The notes below the pieces were generated by a model, which worked only from the letters and a program-made list of their open reading frames with translations, was not told where the DNA came from and searched no databases. Source: a virus. Taken from it: 64,000 nt of DNA. Of the stretch, positions 51,127 to 59,862 are shown in pieces (position 1 is the stretch's first letter; every line of letters begins with the position of its first letter). The position numbers were made by a program, and so were the translations under genes. The DNA lies in IMG/VR virus record IMGVR_UViG_3300045988_122072, positions 64,001-128,000 of that record; one strand, written 5' to 3'.

Positions 51127-52236
51127 ATGAAAATTTTAAGAGCATATAAATACCGGATATATCCAAATCAAGAGCAAGAAATTTTAATTCAAAAAACATT
51201 TGGATGTGTAAGGTTTGTATATAATCAGGCACTTTCATATCGTCAAGAATTATATAAAACCAAAAGAAAAAATATCAGTAAATTTGCTTGTGAACAGTAT
51301 ATGATTCAAGTTCTAAAACAACAATATGAATGGTTGAGAGAAGTTGATAAATTTGCATTATCAAGTGCAATTTGGAATATGGATTATGCATATCAAAAAT
51401 TTTTCAAAGAACATGCAGGCTTCCCGAAGTTTAAAAGCAAACATAATCACAGAAAATCATATACAACAAAAATAACAAATAACAATATTGCAGTTTCTTT
51501 TGAGAACAATAAAATTAAGCTTCCAAAGTTAAGTTGGGTTAAAGCAAGGATTCATCGTAAATTTGTTGGCAAAATTAAACAAGCAACAGTTTCACAAAAT
51601 CCATCAGGAAAATATTTTGTTTCTGTGTTAGTAGAAGAAGAACATCGTCCATTATTAACAACCGGTTCTACTATTGGACTTGATCTTGGAATTAAAGATT
51701 TGGTTATTACCTCCAATGGTAAAAAATATGCAAATCCAAAAATCTTAGAGAAGTATAAAAAGAAACTTTCTAAAGAACAACGAAGAATGACTCATAAACA
51801 AAAAAGTTCAAGTAATTATAACAAACAACGCATTAAAGTTGCTCGTATTTACGAAAAAATCCATAATATCAGATTAGATTATCTACACAAAATATCTAAT
51901 GAAATTATTAGCGAAAACCAAGTAATAATTTCTGAAGATTTATCCATATCTAATATGATGAAGAACCATAAACTAGCAAAATCAATTAGTGATTGTGGCT
52001 GGTACGAGCTAACGAGGCAATTAGAATATAAGGCAAAATGGAATGAAAGACAATATATCAAGATTGGAAGATTCATTCCATCGAGTCAAATTTGCAATTG
52101 TTGTGGATACAGGTATCCAGAAACAAAAGATTTATCGGTTAGAGCATGGACATGTCCTAGTTGTGGAACAAAACACGACCGAGATATTAATGCGGCTAAA
52201 AATATTTTAGACGAAGGATTAAAATTTGTGGTGTGA
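51127..52236 (+). CDS. tnpB: TnpB (IS200/IS605 OrfB, RuvC-like RNA-guided nuclease family)
   Basis: N-terminal [16 protein letters not shown]; GLDLGIKD RuvC-I; zinc finger CNCCGY...[18 protein letters not shown]. Confidence 0.85.
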   Translation: MKILRAYKYRIYPNQEQEILIQKTFGCVRFVYNQALSYRQELYKTKRKNISKFACEQYMIQVLKQQYEWLREVDKFALSSAIWNMDYAYQKFFKEHAGFPKFKSKHNHRKSYTTKITNNNIAVSFENNKIKLPKLSWVKARIHRKFVGKIKQATVSQNPSGKYFVSVLVEEEHRPLLTTGSTIGLDLGIKDLVITSNGKKYANPKILEKYKKKLSKEQRRMTHKQKSSSNYNKQRIKVARIYEKIHNIRLDYLHKISNEIISENQVIISEDLSISNMMKNHKLAKSISDCGWYELTRQLEYKAKWNERQYIKIGRFIPSSQICNCCGYRYPETKDLSVRAWTCPSCGTKHDRDINAAKNILDEGLKFVV

Positions 52237-52335
52237 AAAGACATAAAATATAGGGTAGGAACTGCCCGAATTAACGCCTGTGGAGATAGTAGGCTACGAG
52301 GTCTGAGAAACAGGAAGCTAATTAATTTTAAACAA
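52237..52335 (+). ncRNA. candidate omega-RNA scaffold / right-end region of the tnpB element
   Basis: Structured 3' flank with GGGTAG-GAA-CTGCCC, GCCT...AGGC and CCTGT...ACAGG pairings. Extent and guide were not determined. Confidence 0.35.
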
Positions 52336-52342
52336 TTGGTAG

Positions 52343-52370
52343 TTCACAAATATTATAATTATGCTATAAT
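52343..52370 (+). promoter_or_regulatory. sigma-A-type promoter
   Basis: TTCACA, 16-nt spacer, TATAAT. Confidence 0.5.
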
Positions 52371-52372
52371 AA

Positions 52373-52387
52373 CAGTACAAAATTAAT
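52373..52387 (+). promoter_or_regulatory. leader motif copy (CAGTACAAAATTAAT)
   Basis: 3 nt after the -10 box; abuts RBS GAAGGAGG. Confidence 0.55.
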
Positions 52388-52401
52388 GAAGGAGGAACAA
52401 T

Positions 52402-52731
52402 ATGGACGAACAGAATGTAACGCAAATTGAAGAACAGGAGCAAGAGAATCCTACAACAGAATCAGAAGAGGCTGTGGCAGATGAACTAAAGGACAAGATT
52501 TCTGAAACACTAGAAAAAATCCGCACACAAAACATGCTACTTGGTGCTCGTGCTATGACGGTAACAATTGCAGGTATTATTGATAATGCAATGAATGCAC
52601 CCGGCAAGCGTACCATGGCAGACATGAAGAGACTTGTAAAGAAGGTTCGTGATTTTTGTCAGAAGGCGATTGACCATCCGGTAGAAGAGCCAAAATTTGA
52701 TACGAATAACGAGGAGGAGACAGATGCCTAA
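52402..52731 (+). CDS. hypothetical acidic protein
   Basis: ORF track; RBS GAAGGAGG. Confidence 0.5.
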   Translation: MDEQNVTQIEEQEQENPTTESEEAVADELKDKISETLEKIRTQNMLLGARAMTVTIAGIIDNAMNAPGKRTMADMKRLVKKVRDFCQKAIDHPVEEPKFDTNNEEETDA

Positions 52732-53062
52732 GCTTGTTGGATGGTCTGATATTTTGAGCAGTCATGGCACTGAGCGTCTTACAAATGCTCATAAGCAGGA
52801 AATTGTGAAGACTATCAGACGTAGACATTATAATTTTACTTATTTTGATCATCAAAATATGAGCTATTGTTGCCCATTCTTTGATGATGGGTATATGATT
52901 TCACTTAATAAAAAGCAATTTGATGAAATTATGGCAGAAGCCTATGAGGAAATTCCAGTTGGACAGAGATTGCTCCCTATGGACGCAATTAAATCTAAGC
53001 CTGTTAATGAAGTACTATTTGAAAAAGAAGAATATGTAAAGGATGTGAAATGGCATGGATGA
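52724..53062 (+). CDS. hypothetical protein
   Basis: ATG 52724 behind RBS GAGGAGGAG. Confidence 0.5.
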   Translation: MPKLVGWSDILSSHGTERLTNAHKQEIVKTIRRRHYNFTYFDHQNMSYCCPFFDDGYMISLNKKQFDEIMAEAYEEIPVGQRLLPMDAIKSKPVNEVLFEKEEYVKDVKWHG

Positions 53063-53615
53063 TAGAAAAACTATTTTCTTAATTCTAGGGGAAAGTGGTT
53101 GTGGTAAAGACTATTTGGTGGACAGACTTTGCAAAACTGGTCTAAAAAAACTTATTAGTCATACAACCCGTGAAAAGCGTAAAGACGAACCTGACACTAG
53201 CCACATTTTTTCAACATACGAAGATTATCAGAACGCCAAAACATCGAATGATATTATTGCAGAGACTTGTATCAATGATGTGTTATATTGGAGTACAAAG
53301 AGTCAGTTGGCAGATGCGGATTTGTATATTATCGACAATGTTGGAACTGACATGTTGCTAAAGATGGGGTTGCCGTATAGATTTGTACGTATTTATATTA
53401 ATGTACCAAAGGCTATTCGCAGAGAAAGAGCTGTTAAACGCGGAGATAACATGGATACATATGCCAAACGTGCCGCTGACGAATTTGAGCAGTTCGCAAA
53501 TATGAAGATTCACAATAGATATGATTATGCAGTTTCTAATATTGACAGTGCAAAAGCTGGTAGCATTATTAGATGGATTATTAATACCGAAAGAATTGGC
53601 ACAGTACAAAATTAA
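53055..53615 (+). CDS. guanylate-kinase-like (d)NMP kinase
   Basis: P-loop GESGCGKD followed by SHTTREKRKDEPD...HIFSTYEDY, which resembles the GMK TTRxxRxxE...YxFvs pattern. Confidence 0.55.
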   Translation: MDDRKTIFLILGESGCGKDYLVDRLCKTGLKKLISHTTREKRKDEPDTSHIFSTYEDYQNAKTSNDIIAETCINDVLYWSTKSQLADADLYIIDNVGTDMLLKMGLPYRFVRIYINVPKAIRRERAVKRGDNMDTYAKRAADEFEQFANMKIHNRYDYAVSNIDSAKAGSIIRWIINTERIGTVQN

Positions 53616-53616
53616 A
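53602..53616 (+). promoter_or_regulatory. leader motif copy (CAGTACAAAATTAAA) overlapping a stop codon
   Basis: Covers the last codons and TAA of the kinase gene; abuts RBS AAGGAG of the next gene. Confidence 0.5.
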
Positions 53617-53627
53617 AGGAGTTTATT

Positions 53628-54203
53628 ATGAAGTATATTGTAGCTTTAGATTGTGATTGCGTCCTGAATAACCTTATTGAAAGAACTTGCCAGATGTTTA
53701 ATGAAAGATATGGTGCAGATATTTCAGAAGAAACTTTCACTCAATATGATGTTTATAAGTGCCTATCATTTGAAGATGCAGAAAAGTTTAAGGCTCTGTG
53801 GCACGAACGTGAACTATGGGATTCTCTATCTCCAACATATCATTCTCAGTGGGGAGCTAAAAAGCTTGTAGATGATGGGTTTAGTGTTTACATTGCAACC
53901 AGTACGCACTACGAAAACTTCCCATGGAAAGTTGAGTGGCTGAAACATTATTTCAAGTTCATTGATGAACGCCATATTATCTGTATTGGTGACAAGAGTA
54001 TTCTAAACGTGGACGTTATGGTAGATGACCATACAGATAATCTTATCAATAATTTACATTGTAATAGAGTCCTTGTAGAAAAACCTTGGAATATGAACGT
54101 GCACGATGAAGCTTATAGCATTAAACGTTGCACGAATTGGGATGAAATTGTTGAGGCAGTGGAAGAATTTTATAAGCAGGATAAGGAGCTGATGAAGGAT
54201 TGA
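53628..54203 (+). CDS. 5'(3')-deoxyribonucleotidase (HAD superfamily, NT5C-like)
   Basis: N-terminal VALDCDCVLNN (DxDxV HAD motif I); size about 190 aa. Confidence 0.6.
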   Translation: MKYIVALDCDCVLNNLIERTCQMFNERYGADISEETFTQYDVYKCLSFEDAEKFKALWHERELWDSLSPTYHSQWGAKKLVDDGFSVYIATSTHYENFPWKVEWLKHYFKFIDERHIICIGDKSILNVDVMVDDHTDNLINNLHCNRVLVEKPWNMNVHDEAYSIKRCTNWDEIVEAVEEFYKQDKELMKD

Positions 54204-54805
54204 ATACAAGAATTAATTATATTTCAGATTCTTGGACAAGAATAAAAAATCATTGTAGAACAACTGTCAATAAGAAATTCACAGAAAAAGAGCCAACTGA
54301 TAAGTTTAAGGAAGAACTTTTAATTAGCGAACATTCTCCTATTAGATGTCTTGAGGTTGATTGGACATGGGAGAATATTCCTTATTGGGTAAGTACGGAA
54401 CTAAGCCGCCATAAGCATGAAAAGTTTATTAGTTCACAGCGTGATGACAGAAATAATAATGAAATTCCTCGCGGAAAGAAACCACAAGATTCTCCCGTCA
54501 CTCATGACGCATATGCAAATGCCCAGAATCTAATTGACATGATGCGTAAAAGACTTTGTTTTATGGCAACCAAAGAAGCTAGAGAAGCGGCAGAAAATTT
54601 GAAATATGAACTACATAATTACGAACCACAACTAGCAAATGTGCTTATGCCGAATTGCTTATATAGAGCAGGATGTCCAGAGTTTGAAACTTGCGGATTT
54701 TGGAAGAAGTTCAAGGAAAAACATCCAGATGTAGATATGACCGATATTAAAGAAAGATATCGAGCATATAATGAAGATTTTTATAAGAAATTTAATGAGG
54801 AGTGA
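54200..54805 (+). CDS. ThyX-like protein (divergent flavin-dependent thymidylate synthase?)
   Basis: SRHKHEKFISSQR resembles, but is one residue shorter than, the ThyX RHRxxxxxxxSxR motif. TTG start 11 nt after RBS AAGGAG. dNTP-metabolism context. Confidence 0.35.
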   Translation: MNTRINYISDSWTRIKNHCRTTVNKKFTEKEPTDKFKEELLISEHSPIRCLEVDWTWENIPYWVSTELSRHKHEKFISSQRDDRNNNEIPRGKKPQDSPVTHDAYANAQNLIDMMRKRLCFMATKEAREAAENLKYELHNYEPQLANVLMPNCLYRAGCPEFETCGFWKKFKEKHPDVDMTDIKERYRAYNEDFYKKFNEE

Positions 54806-55608
54806 TGTCTGTGACTGTAGAACAATGGCTTGGTAAAGATAATAAAATTGGTATTGATATTTGGCACAAGAAATATCAGTACAACAATGAAAATTTTGAC
54901 GAATGGTTAGATAGAGTAAGCGCTGGAGATAAAGAGCTAAAACAACTTATCATTGAAAAGAAATTTTTAATGGGTGGTAGAACACTTGCTAATCGTGGTA
55001 CAAATAGTACTGGTAGCCTGTTTAATTGTTACTCCAGAGGCTATGTTGAAGATGACTATTCTGATATTATGGATGCTGCAAAAGACATTGGCGTAACATT
55101 TAAGGCTCAGGGAGGACAGGGCATTTCTCTTACTAAGCTTCGTCCAAAGGGCACACCAATCAAGAAAGAATATTTTTCTGATGGTATTGTACCATTTATG
55201 AAGATTTTTAATGAAGTTACCGCAGGGACTTCTCAGGGTGGGGCTCGAAAGGGAGCGCTTATGCTTTCTGTCGATGCTAGGCACAAGGAAGCAGAAACAT
55301 TCATTAAGATTAAGTCAAAGGACGGAGAGATTGAAAAGGCGAATCTATCTCTTGAAATCGATGATGAATTTATGAGAGCCATTGAGAAGTATTATGATAC
55401 TGGAGAAGTTGTCGTGCTGCATGAAAAGCGTAATTATGCTGGTCATGAAGTAGAATATGATGTAACGCCAATTAACATTTTCAATATGCTTGTAGATAAT
55501 TGTTATGATTGGGCAGATCCTGCATGTTTGTTTGTTAATAGGTTTAGAAATTATAATCTAATGCAGTATGATGATGAATATGAAATTGAAACTTGCAATC
55601 CTTGTGGT
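54805..55608 (+). CDS. nrdJ: class II (B12-dependent) ribonucleotide reductase NrdJ, exon 1
   Basis: Ends ...EIETCNPCG at 55608; the downstream in-frame sequence immediately hits a stop (WLTCRK*). Confidence 0.8.
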
Positions 55609-56053
55609 TGGTTAACTTGCCGCAAGTAAAACATCCCGTAAAATCGGTGAAGCCTACACCGAAAGGCATGGTAATACCGAGTTCCCACTGCATCACAGGG
55701 GAATGTAACGCATAGGCGATGAGCGGATATGAGAGCAATAATTCGCCCACGAGTACGGGACATTGGCACATAACGGAGTGATAATATTGATTATATATAA
55801 AGTAATAAACATTATTAATGGCAAGGTGTACAAATGAATATTATCAATGAAAAATATGATCTTAAAGACATTAGAAGCCTATATCCTTGCTTTAATGTTA
55901 AAAATTCAAAAGATCTTGCAAACTGTTTAAAAGATTATGTGCTAAATGAAAATATATGCTGAACTGGTCTGAACTGACAGACGTATCGGGTTATACCCGT
56001 ATGAGAGAAATCTCCAGAAGCTATGGATAAAAAGCCATAGCGATAACACACAG
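55609..56053 (+). ncRNA. group I self-splicing intron in nrdJ
   Basis: Splits the conserved NPCG|EQPLP active-site motif. P1 pairs CTTGTGGT (55601-08) with GCCGCAAG (55619-26), with U-G at the 5' splice site. The last intron nucleotide is G (56053). Confidence 0.75.
55787..55837 (+). pseudogene. decayed GIY-YIG homing-endonuclease remnant inside the intron
   Basis: Translates LIIYKVINIINGKVYK*, matching the start of the GIY-(x10)-YIG module and then truncated. Confidence 0.5.
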
Positions 56054-57526
56054 GAGCAACCACTTCCAAAGCATGGAGCATGTTGCTTGTCATCCCTTAA
56101 CCTATCTGAGTTTGTTGTAAACCCATATACTCCAACTGCGCATTTGAACACAGAAGATTTCCTTCATGCTATTGATGTTGGAATTAGAACTCTTGATAAG
56201 CTAATTGACGAAAACTACAATAGGCACCCGCTACAGCAGCAAAGAGATATGTCATATAATTATAGAAACATTGGTCTCGGCATTTTTGGATATGCAACTG
56301 CTCTAATGAAGCTTGGACTTAAGTATGGTTCAAATGAAGCAATCGAATTTACTGATGATGTATTTTCACTTTTATTCAAACGAGCAGTATTCGCAAGCAA
56401 TAATCTTGCAAAAGAATTAGGTACATATCCGAAGTATAAGGAGTGCGTATTTGATAGCGACATTATTAAGAATCATTTTACACCAGATGAAATTGATGGT
56501 CTAAAAGAACACGGTCTTAGAAACTGCTCTTTAATTTCAATTGCTCCGAATGGGTCTCTTGCTACTTTACTTGGAGAATCTGGTGGATGTGAGCCTGAGT
56601 TTGCACTTAAGTATACACGTAGAACTGTCGGTATGACAGACGGCGAAGATACTTATTATGATGTTTACTGTAAAGCAGCAAAAGAATATATGGATGCAAA
56701 CCATACAGATATCCTTCCAGACTATTTTGTTGGCTCTGCAGATATTCCTTGGCAAAATAGAGTGCTAACACAGGCGGCTATGCAAAACCATGTAGATACT
56801 GCAATTAGTTCTACAGTAAATATGCCTAATTCTGCTACAAAAGAAGATGTAGCTCATATGTATTTACTTGCGTGGTCAACTGGCTGTAAGGGCATTACGA
56901 TGTTTAGAGATGGATGTAAACGCCTTGGCATTCTGACAACAGACAAATCTGAAAGTGGCACAGACGAAAATGGAATTAAGCCTTATGAACTTCCACGTGG
57001 CGCTATTATTGAATGTTCTAGTGACCTAGTTGGTAAAAAGCGCAAGCTTACTACGGGGTGTGGTAGTTTACATGTTCTTGCATTTTTTGACCCATATGAT
57101 GGCTCACTACAAGAAGCATATTTCAATAAGGGGTCAACTGGAGGATGCGCCAACTTTATGACTGGTCTTAGCAGAACAGTTTCACTATTGTGCAGAGCAG
57201 GTGTTGATATTATGACCATTAAAGATCAACTAGATTCTACTGGCGCTTGTCCGAGCTATGCCGCAAGAACTGCAACTAGACATGATACATCTAAGGGGTC
57301 ATGTTGTCCAATGGCAATTGGTAATGCATTAGTTGAAATGTATAATGAGATGCAACAAGATATTGGTGATAATGAAGAGGAAATTAATACTGATACAGTT
57401 GTTCATCAGATAACGAAGCCTGAACAAATTAATTCAAACGATAGATGCCCAGAATGTGGGTCTATTCTTGAACACGTTGGCGGCTGTGATTTGTGTAAAA
57501 ATTGTGGATTTACTCACTGTGGGTAA
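56054..57526 (+). CDS. nrdJ: class II ribonucleotide reductase NrdJ, exon 2
   Basis: In-frame continuation EQPLPKHGACCLSSLNLSEFV...; IAPNGSL...GGCEPEF; C-terminal Cys4 ribbon CPECG...CDLCKNCG. Confidence 0.8.
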   Translation, partial: EQPLPKHGACCLSSLNLSEFVVNPYTPTAHLNTEDFLHAIDVGIRTLDKLIDENYNRHPLQQQRDMSYNYRNIGLGIFGYATALMKLGLKYGSNEAIEFTDDVFSLLFKRAVFASNNLAKELGTYPKYKECVFDSDIIKNHFTPDEIDGLKEHGLRNCSLISIAPNGSLATLLGESGGCEPEFALKYTRRTVGMTDGEDTYYDVYCKAAKEYMDANHTDILPDYFVGSADIPWQNRVLTQAAMQNHVDTAISSTVNMPNSATKEDVAHMYLLAWSTGCKGITMFRDGCKRLGILTTDKSESGTDENGIKPYELPRGAIIECSSDLVGKKRKLTTGCGSLHVLAFFDPYDGSLQEAYFNKGSTGGCANFMTGLSRTVSLLCRAGVDIMTIKDQLDSTGACPSYAARTATRHDTSKGSCCPMAIGNALVEMYNEMQQDIGDNEEEINTDTVVHQITKPEQINSNDRCPECGSILEHVGGCDLCKNCGFTHCG

Positions 57527-57528
57527 TA

Positions 57529-57543
57529 CAATACAAAATTAAT
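57529..57543 (+). promoter_or_regulatory. leader motif copy (CAATACAAAATTAAT)
   Basis: Exact 15-mer 3 nt after the nrdJ stop. Confidence 0.6.
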
Positions 57544-57584
57544 TTATTGGAGGAATGAAATATGGATAACAAGGTGGTGAATAA

Positions 57585-58328
57585 ATGGTTAAAGTAACGA
57601 ATAATTTAATTGACAAAATATTCGGAAGGCTTACCGTCATAAAACAAGGCGAAGATTATATATGCCCAAATGGAAAACATGTTGCACAGTGGTATTGCAA
57701 ATGTAGCTGCGGTAATCAAGATCTTAAATTAATACGTGGATCTAGTCTAACAAGTGGTAAAACAAAGTCGTGTGGATGTTTATCGAAAGAAAATGGAATT
57801 AAACAAGGAAAAAAGTTTAAAAAATATAATAAATATGATTTATCTGGAGAATATGGAATTGGATATACTAACAAAAATGAAGAATTTTGGTTCGATATTG
57901 AAGACTATGATAAGATACGAAACTATTGTTGGTATTATAATTCAAATGGTTATGTATGTTCACAAGATGAAGAACATAAGCACATCTATTTACATCGATT
58001 AATAATTGGGGTAACAGATCCCATGATAGTAATAGACCATATTAAACATCCAGCAAATAAAGAACATAAAGTGGATAATAGAAAATCAAATTTAAGAAAA
58101 GTCACACAGGTTGAAAATAATAGAAATAAACATAAGCAGATAAACAATATTAGCGGCACTTCTGGTGTCTATTATGATAATAAAAATAAAAAATGGGTGG
58201 CTCAAATTAGTTTGAATAATAGAACAAAATATGTTGGACAATCTAACGATATACAGGATGCAATTGACATTAGAAAAGAAGCGAAACAAAAATATTATCA
58301 AGAATATGCATTTAATATAAATAATTAA
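57585..58328 (+). CDS. HNH homing endonuclease with AP2-type DNA-binding domain
   Basis: HRLIIGV...IDHIKHPANKEHKVDNRKSNLRKVTQVEN (HNH) and GTSGVYYDNKNKKWVAQISLNNRTKYVG (AP2-like). Confidence 0.75.
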   Translation: MVKVTNNLIDKIFGRLTVIKQGEDYICPNGKHVAQWYCKCSCGNQDLKLIRGSSLTSGKTKSCGCLSKENGIKQGKKFKKYNKYDLSGEYGIGYTNKNEEFWFDIEDYDKIRNYCWYYNSNGYVCSQDEEHKHIYLHRLIIGVTDPMIVIDHIKHPANKEHKVDNRKSNLRKVTQVENNRNKHKQINNISGTSGVYYDNKNKKWVAQISLNNRTKYVGQSNDIQDAIDIRKEAKQKYYQEYAFNINN

Positions 58329-58341
58329 AGGAGAATGAGAC

Positions 58342-58650
58342 ATGGATAATAATATTAACACAAGAAAATATAGTTGTGCAGTATGTGGCAAAGAATATGA
58401 TAGCATTGAAGATCGCAATAAGTGTGAAGCTCAGTGCATTGCTGACCGCAAAAAGGCGGAAGCGGCACTTGCAAAGAAAAAGCTTGAGGACGAAAAGGCT
58501 GCTCGTAAGGCAGAAATTGATAAGAAGTACAAGGAACTAAATGTTCTTATCGACAATTATATCAAGGACTATGGCTCCATTCAGATTGGTGAGGCTCGTT
58601 ATTTTGATGATTTCCCTGCGCTATCTAAGCTGCTTGGAGGTTGGTTTTAA
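58342..58650 (+). CDS. hypothetical zinc-ribbon / coiled-coil protein
   Basis: CAVCG...CEAQC; RBS AAAGGAG. Confidence 0.5.
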   Translation: MDNNINTRKYSCAVCGKEYDSIEDRNKCEAQCIADRKKAEAALAKKKLEDEKAARKAEIDKKYKELNVLIDNYIKDYGSIQIGEARYFDDFPALSKLLGGWF

Positions 58651-59156
58651 TGAATGTAAAGTTTGCAAAAGTAAGACCAAGCGCAAAGGCTCCAATTAAA
58701 GGAGATGCTGGCAACATGTGCTTTGATTTCTTCCCTTGTTTTGAGCAGGACTGGATTGAAATTAAGCCATTTGAAGTGAAGCTGGTACCTACTGGTATTG
58801 CGACCGCTTTTGATAACAGCCTAGGTCTAGTCTTTAGAGAGCGTGGCTCTACAGGGAAGATTAATCTCAAGGTTAATTCTGGTGTAGTAGACGCAAATTA
58901 TAGAGGAGAAATTTTTGTGGCTCTCCTAAATTGTAATAAAGACAGGTCAATCTTTATTTCTAAATTTGGAGATACTGGAGAACAGTCTCCTTTGACTGAA
59001 CATCCAGATGGAATTCTTGTTCCATATGAAAAGGCTATTTGCCAAGGAATGTTTTTACCAGTTCCTGAAATTGAACTTGAAGAAATTGGTTTTAATGAGC
59101 TATCTCAAATTCCCTCTGCAAGAGGAGCAAATTGTCTTGGTAGTAGCGGGCGCTAA
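58650..59156 (+). CDS. dut: dUTP diphosphatase (trimeric dUTPase)
   Basis: GVVDANYRGEI (motif III) and SARGANCLGSSG (motif V). ATG 58650 overlaps the upstream TAA. Confidence 0.85.
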   Translation: MNVKFAKVRPSAKAPIKGDAGNMCFDFFPCFEQDWIEIKPFEVKLVPTGIATAFDNSLGLVFRERGSTGKINLKVNSGVVDANYRGEIFVALLNCNKDRSIFISKFGDTGEQSPLTEHPDGILVPYEKAICQGMFLPVPEIELEEIGFNELSQIPSARGANCLGSSGR

Positions 59157-59169
59157 TTAAATAAAAAAT

Positions 59170-59202
59170 ACGGGACTACTGGAATAAAGCCAGTAGCCCC
59201 GT
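59170..59202 (+). terminator. terminator hairpin ending the long + strand block
   Basis: ACGGGACTACTGG-AATAAAG-CCAGTAGCCCCGT, A-rich before and AAAATTT after; weak U-tract. Confidence 0.5.
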
Positions 59203-59276
59203 AAAATTTATATATAACAATGCAACCATTTAAATAATTGCCATATTTATTTAAAAATATTCAAGGAGATGATATA

Positions 59277-59471
59277 ATGAAATATATTACCGTTAAACAA
59301 TTATATGAAAAATTAAATGCACAACATCCTGGTATAATAGGAATCAATTCTGTATATGATCTTGTCAAAAGAAAAGACTTCCCCTCCGTAAGAATCGGCA
59401 ACAAATTTCTTATCATTGAAGATAAAGTTGATGCATGGTTCGAGAAAAAGACATTGGCATATAAAAAATAA
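59277..59471 (+). CDS. xis: excisionase-family HTH protein
   Basis: ITVKQLYEKLN...SVYDLVKRKDFPSVRIGNKFLI typical of the HTH_17/Xis family. ATG 59277 behind RBS CAAGGAG. Lies upstream of int. Confidence 0.6.
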   Translation: MKYITVKQLYEKLNAQHPGIIGINSVYDLVKRKDFPSVRIGNKFLIIEDKVDAWFEKKTLAYKK

Positions 59472-59495
59472 TCATTAAGCCTTGCTATGCATTGC

Positions 59496-59534
59496 AAATT
59501 GTGGTACAATCAAATTGTGGTAAATGATGTGGTC
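59496..59534 (+). repeat. arm-type repeat cluster (TGTGGTA/C, 3 copies)
   Basis: AAATTGTGGTA at 59496-506 and 59512-22; ATGTGGTC at 59527-34. Confidence 0.5.
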
Positions 59535-59755
59535 AAATACAAAACACATTCACACAAACACTAGTCGAATCAATACTTTGAAGTTCTTACCTAGGTAGGT
59601 TTAGTTTATCCATTTGAATAAAAATTAGCGCAATAAATATTATCATTATATAATCAACAAACCTAGTATTTTCAATGGATTAGCCCTAATATATAAATCA
59701 TAAGCATTTCACTAACATTCATTGTTTTTGATGTTTTTTCACCATATTTAATACC

Positions 59756-59801
59756 ATAATTGTGGTATAAATGTGGTACGAAATTTACAACTTGACCACA
59801 T
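59756..59801 (+). repeat. arm-type repeat cluster (2 direct copies plus 1 inverted)
   Basis: ATAATTGTGGTA 59756-67; AAATGTGGTA 59769-78; inverted TGACCACAT 59793-801. Confidence 0.5.
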
Positions 59802-59821
59802 TAGTTAACATAAATTATAAT
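59792..59821 (+). promoter_or_regulatory. sigma-A-type promoter for int
   Basis: TTGACC, 18-nt spacer, TATAAT. The -35 overlaps the inverted repeat copy. Confidence 0.5.
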
Positions 59822-59830
59822 AGTAGTACA

Positions 59831-59845
59831 ATTAATTTTGTATTG
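59831..59845 (-). promoter_or_regulatory. leader motif copy in inverted orientation
   Basis: + strand reads attaattttgtattg, the exact reverse complement of CAATACAAAATTAAT. Lies between the int promoter and RBS. Confidence 0.6.
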
Positions 59846-59862
59846 TTAAAGGAGTGGTTATT

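Larger units (their letters stand above)
51060..52335 (+). mobile_element. IS200/IS605-family tnpB-only element (IS1341-like); ends approximate
   Basis: Contains tnpB and a structured 3' flank. No tnpA in the window. Ends were not mapped. Confidence 0.4.

Noticed and set aside
55609-56053. Intein, frameshift or pseudogenisation as the explanation for the split nrdJ
   Set aside because: The intervening sequence has stops in the nrdJ frame, so it is not an intein. The exon ends join exactly at the conserved NPCG|EQPLP motif. It has a P1 helix with U-G and a terminal G, as expected of a group I intron.
54805-57526. Anaerobic class III RNR (NrdD) assignment
   Set aside because: There is no C-terminal glycyl-radical motif. 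The NPCGEQPLP active-site loop and terminal Cys4 ribbon fit class II NrdJ, and no NrdG-type activase is adjacent.
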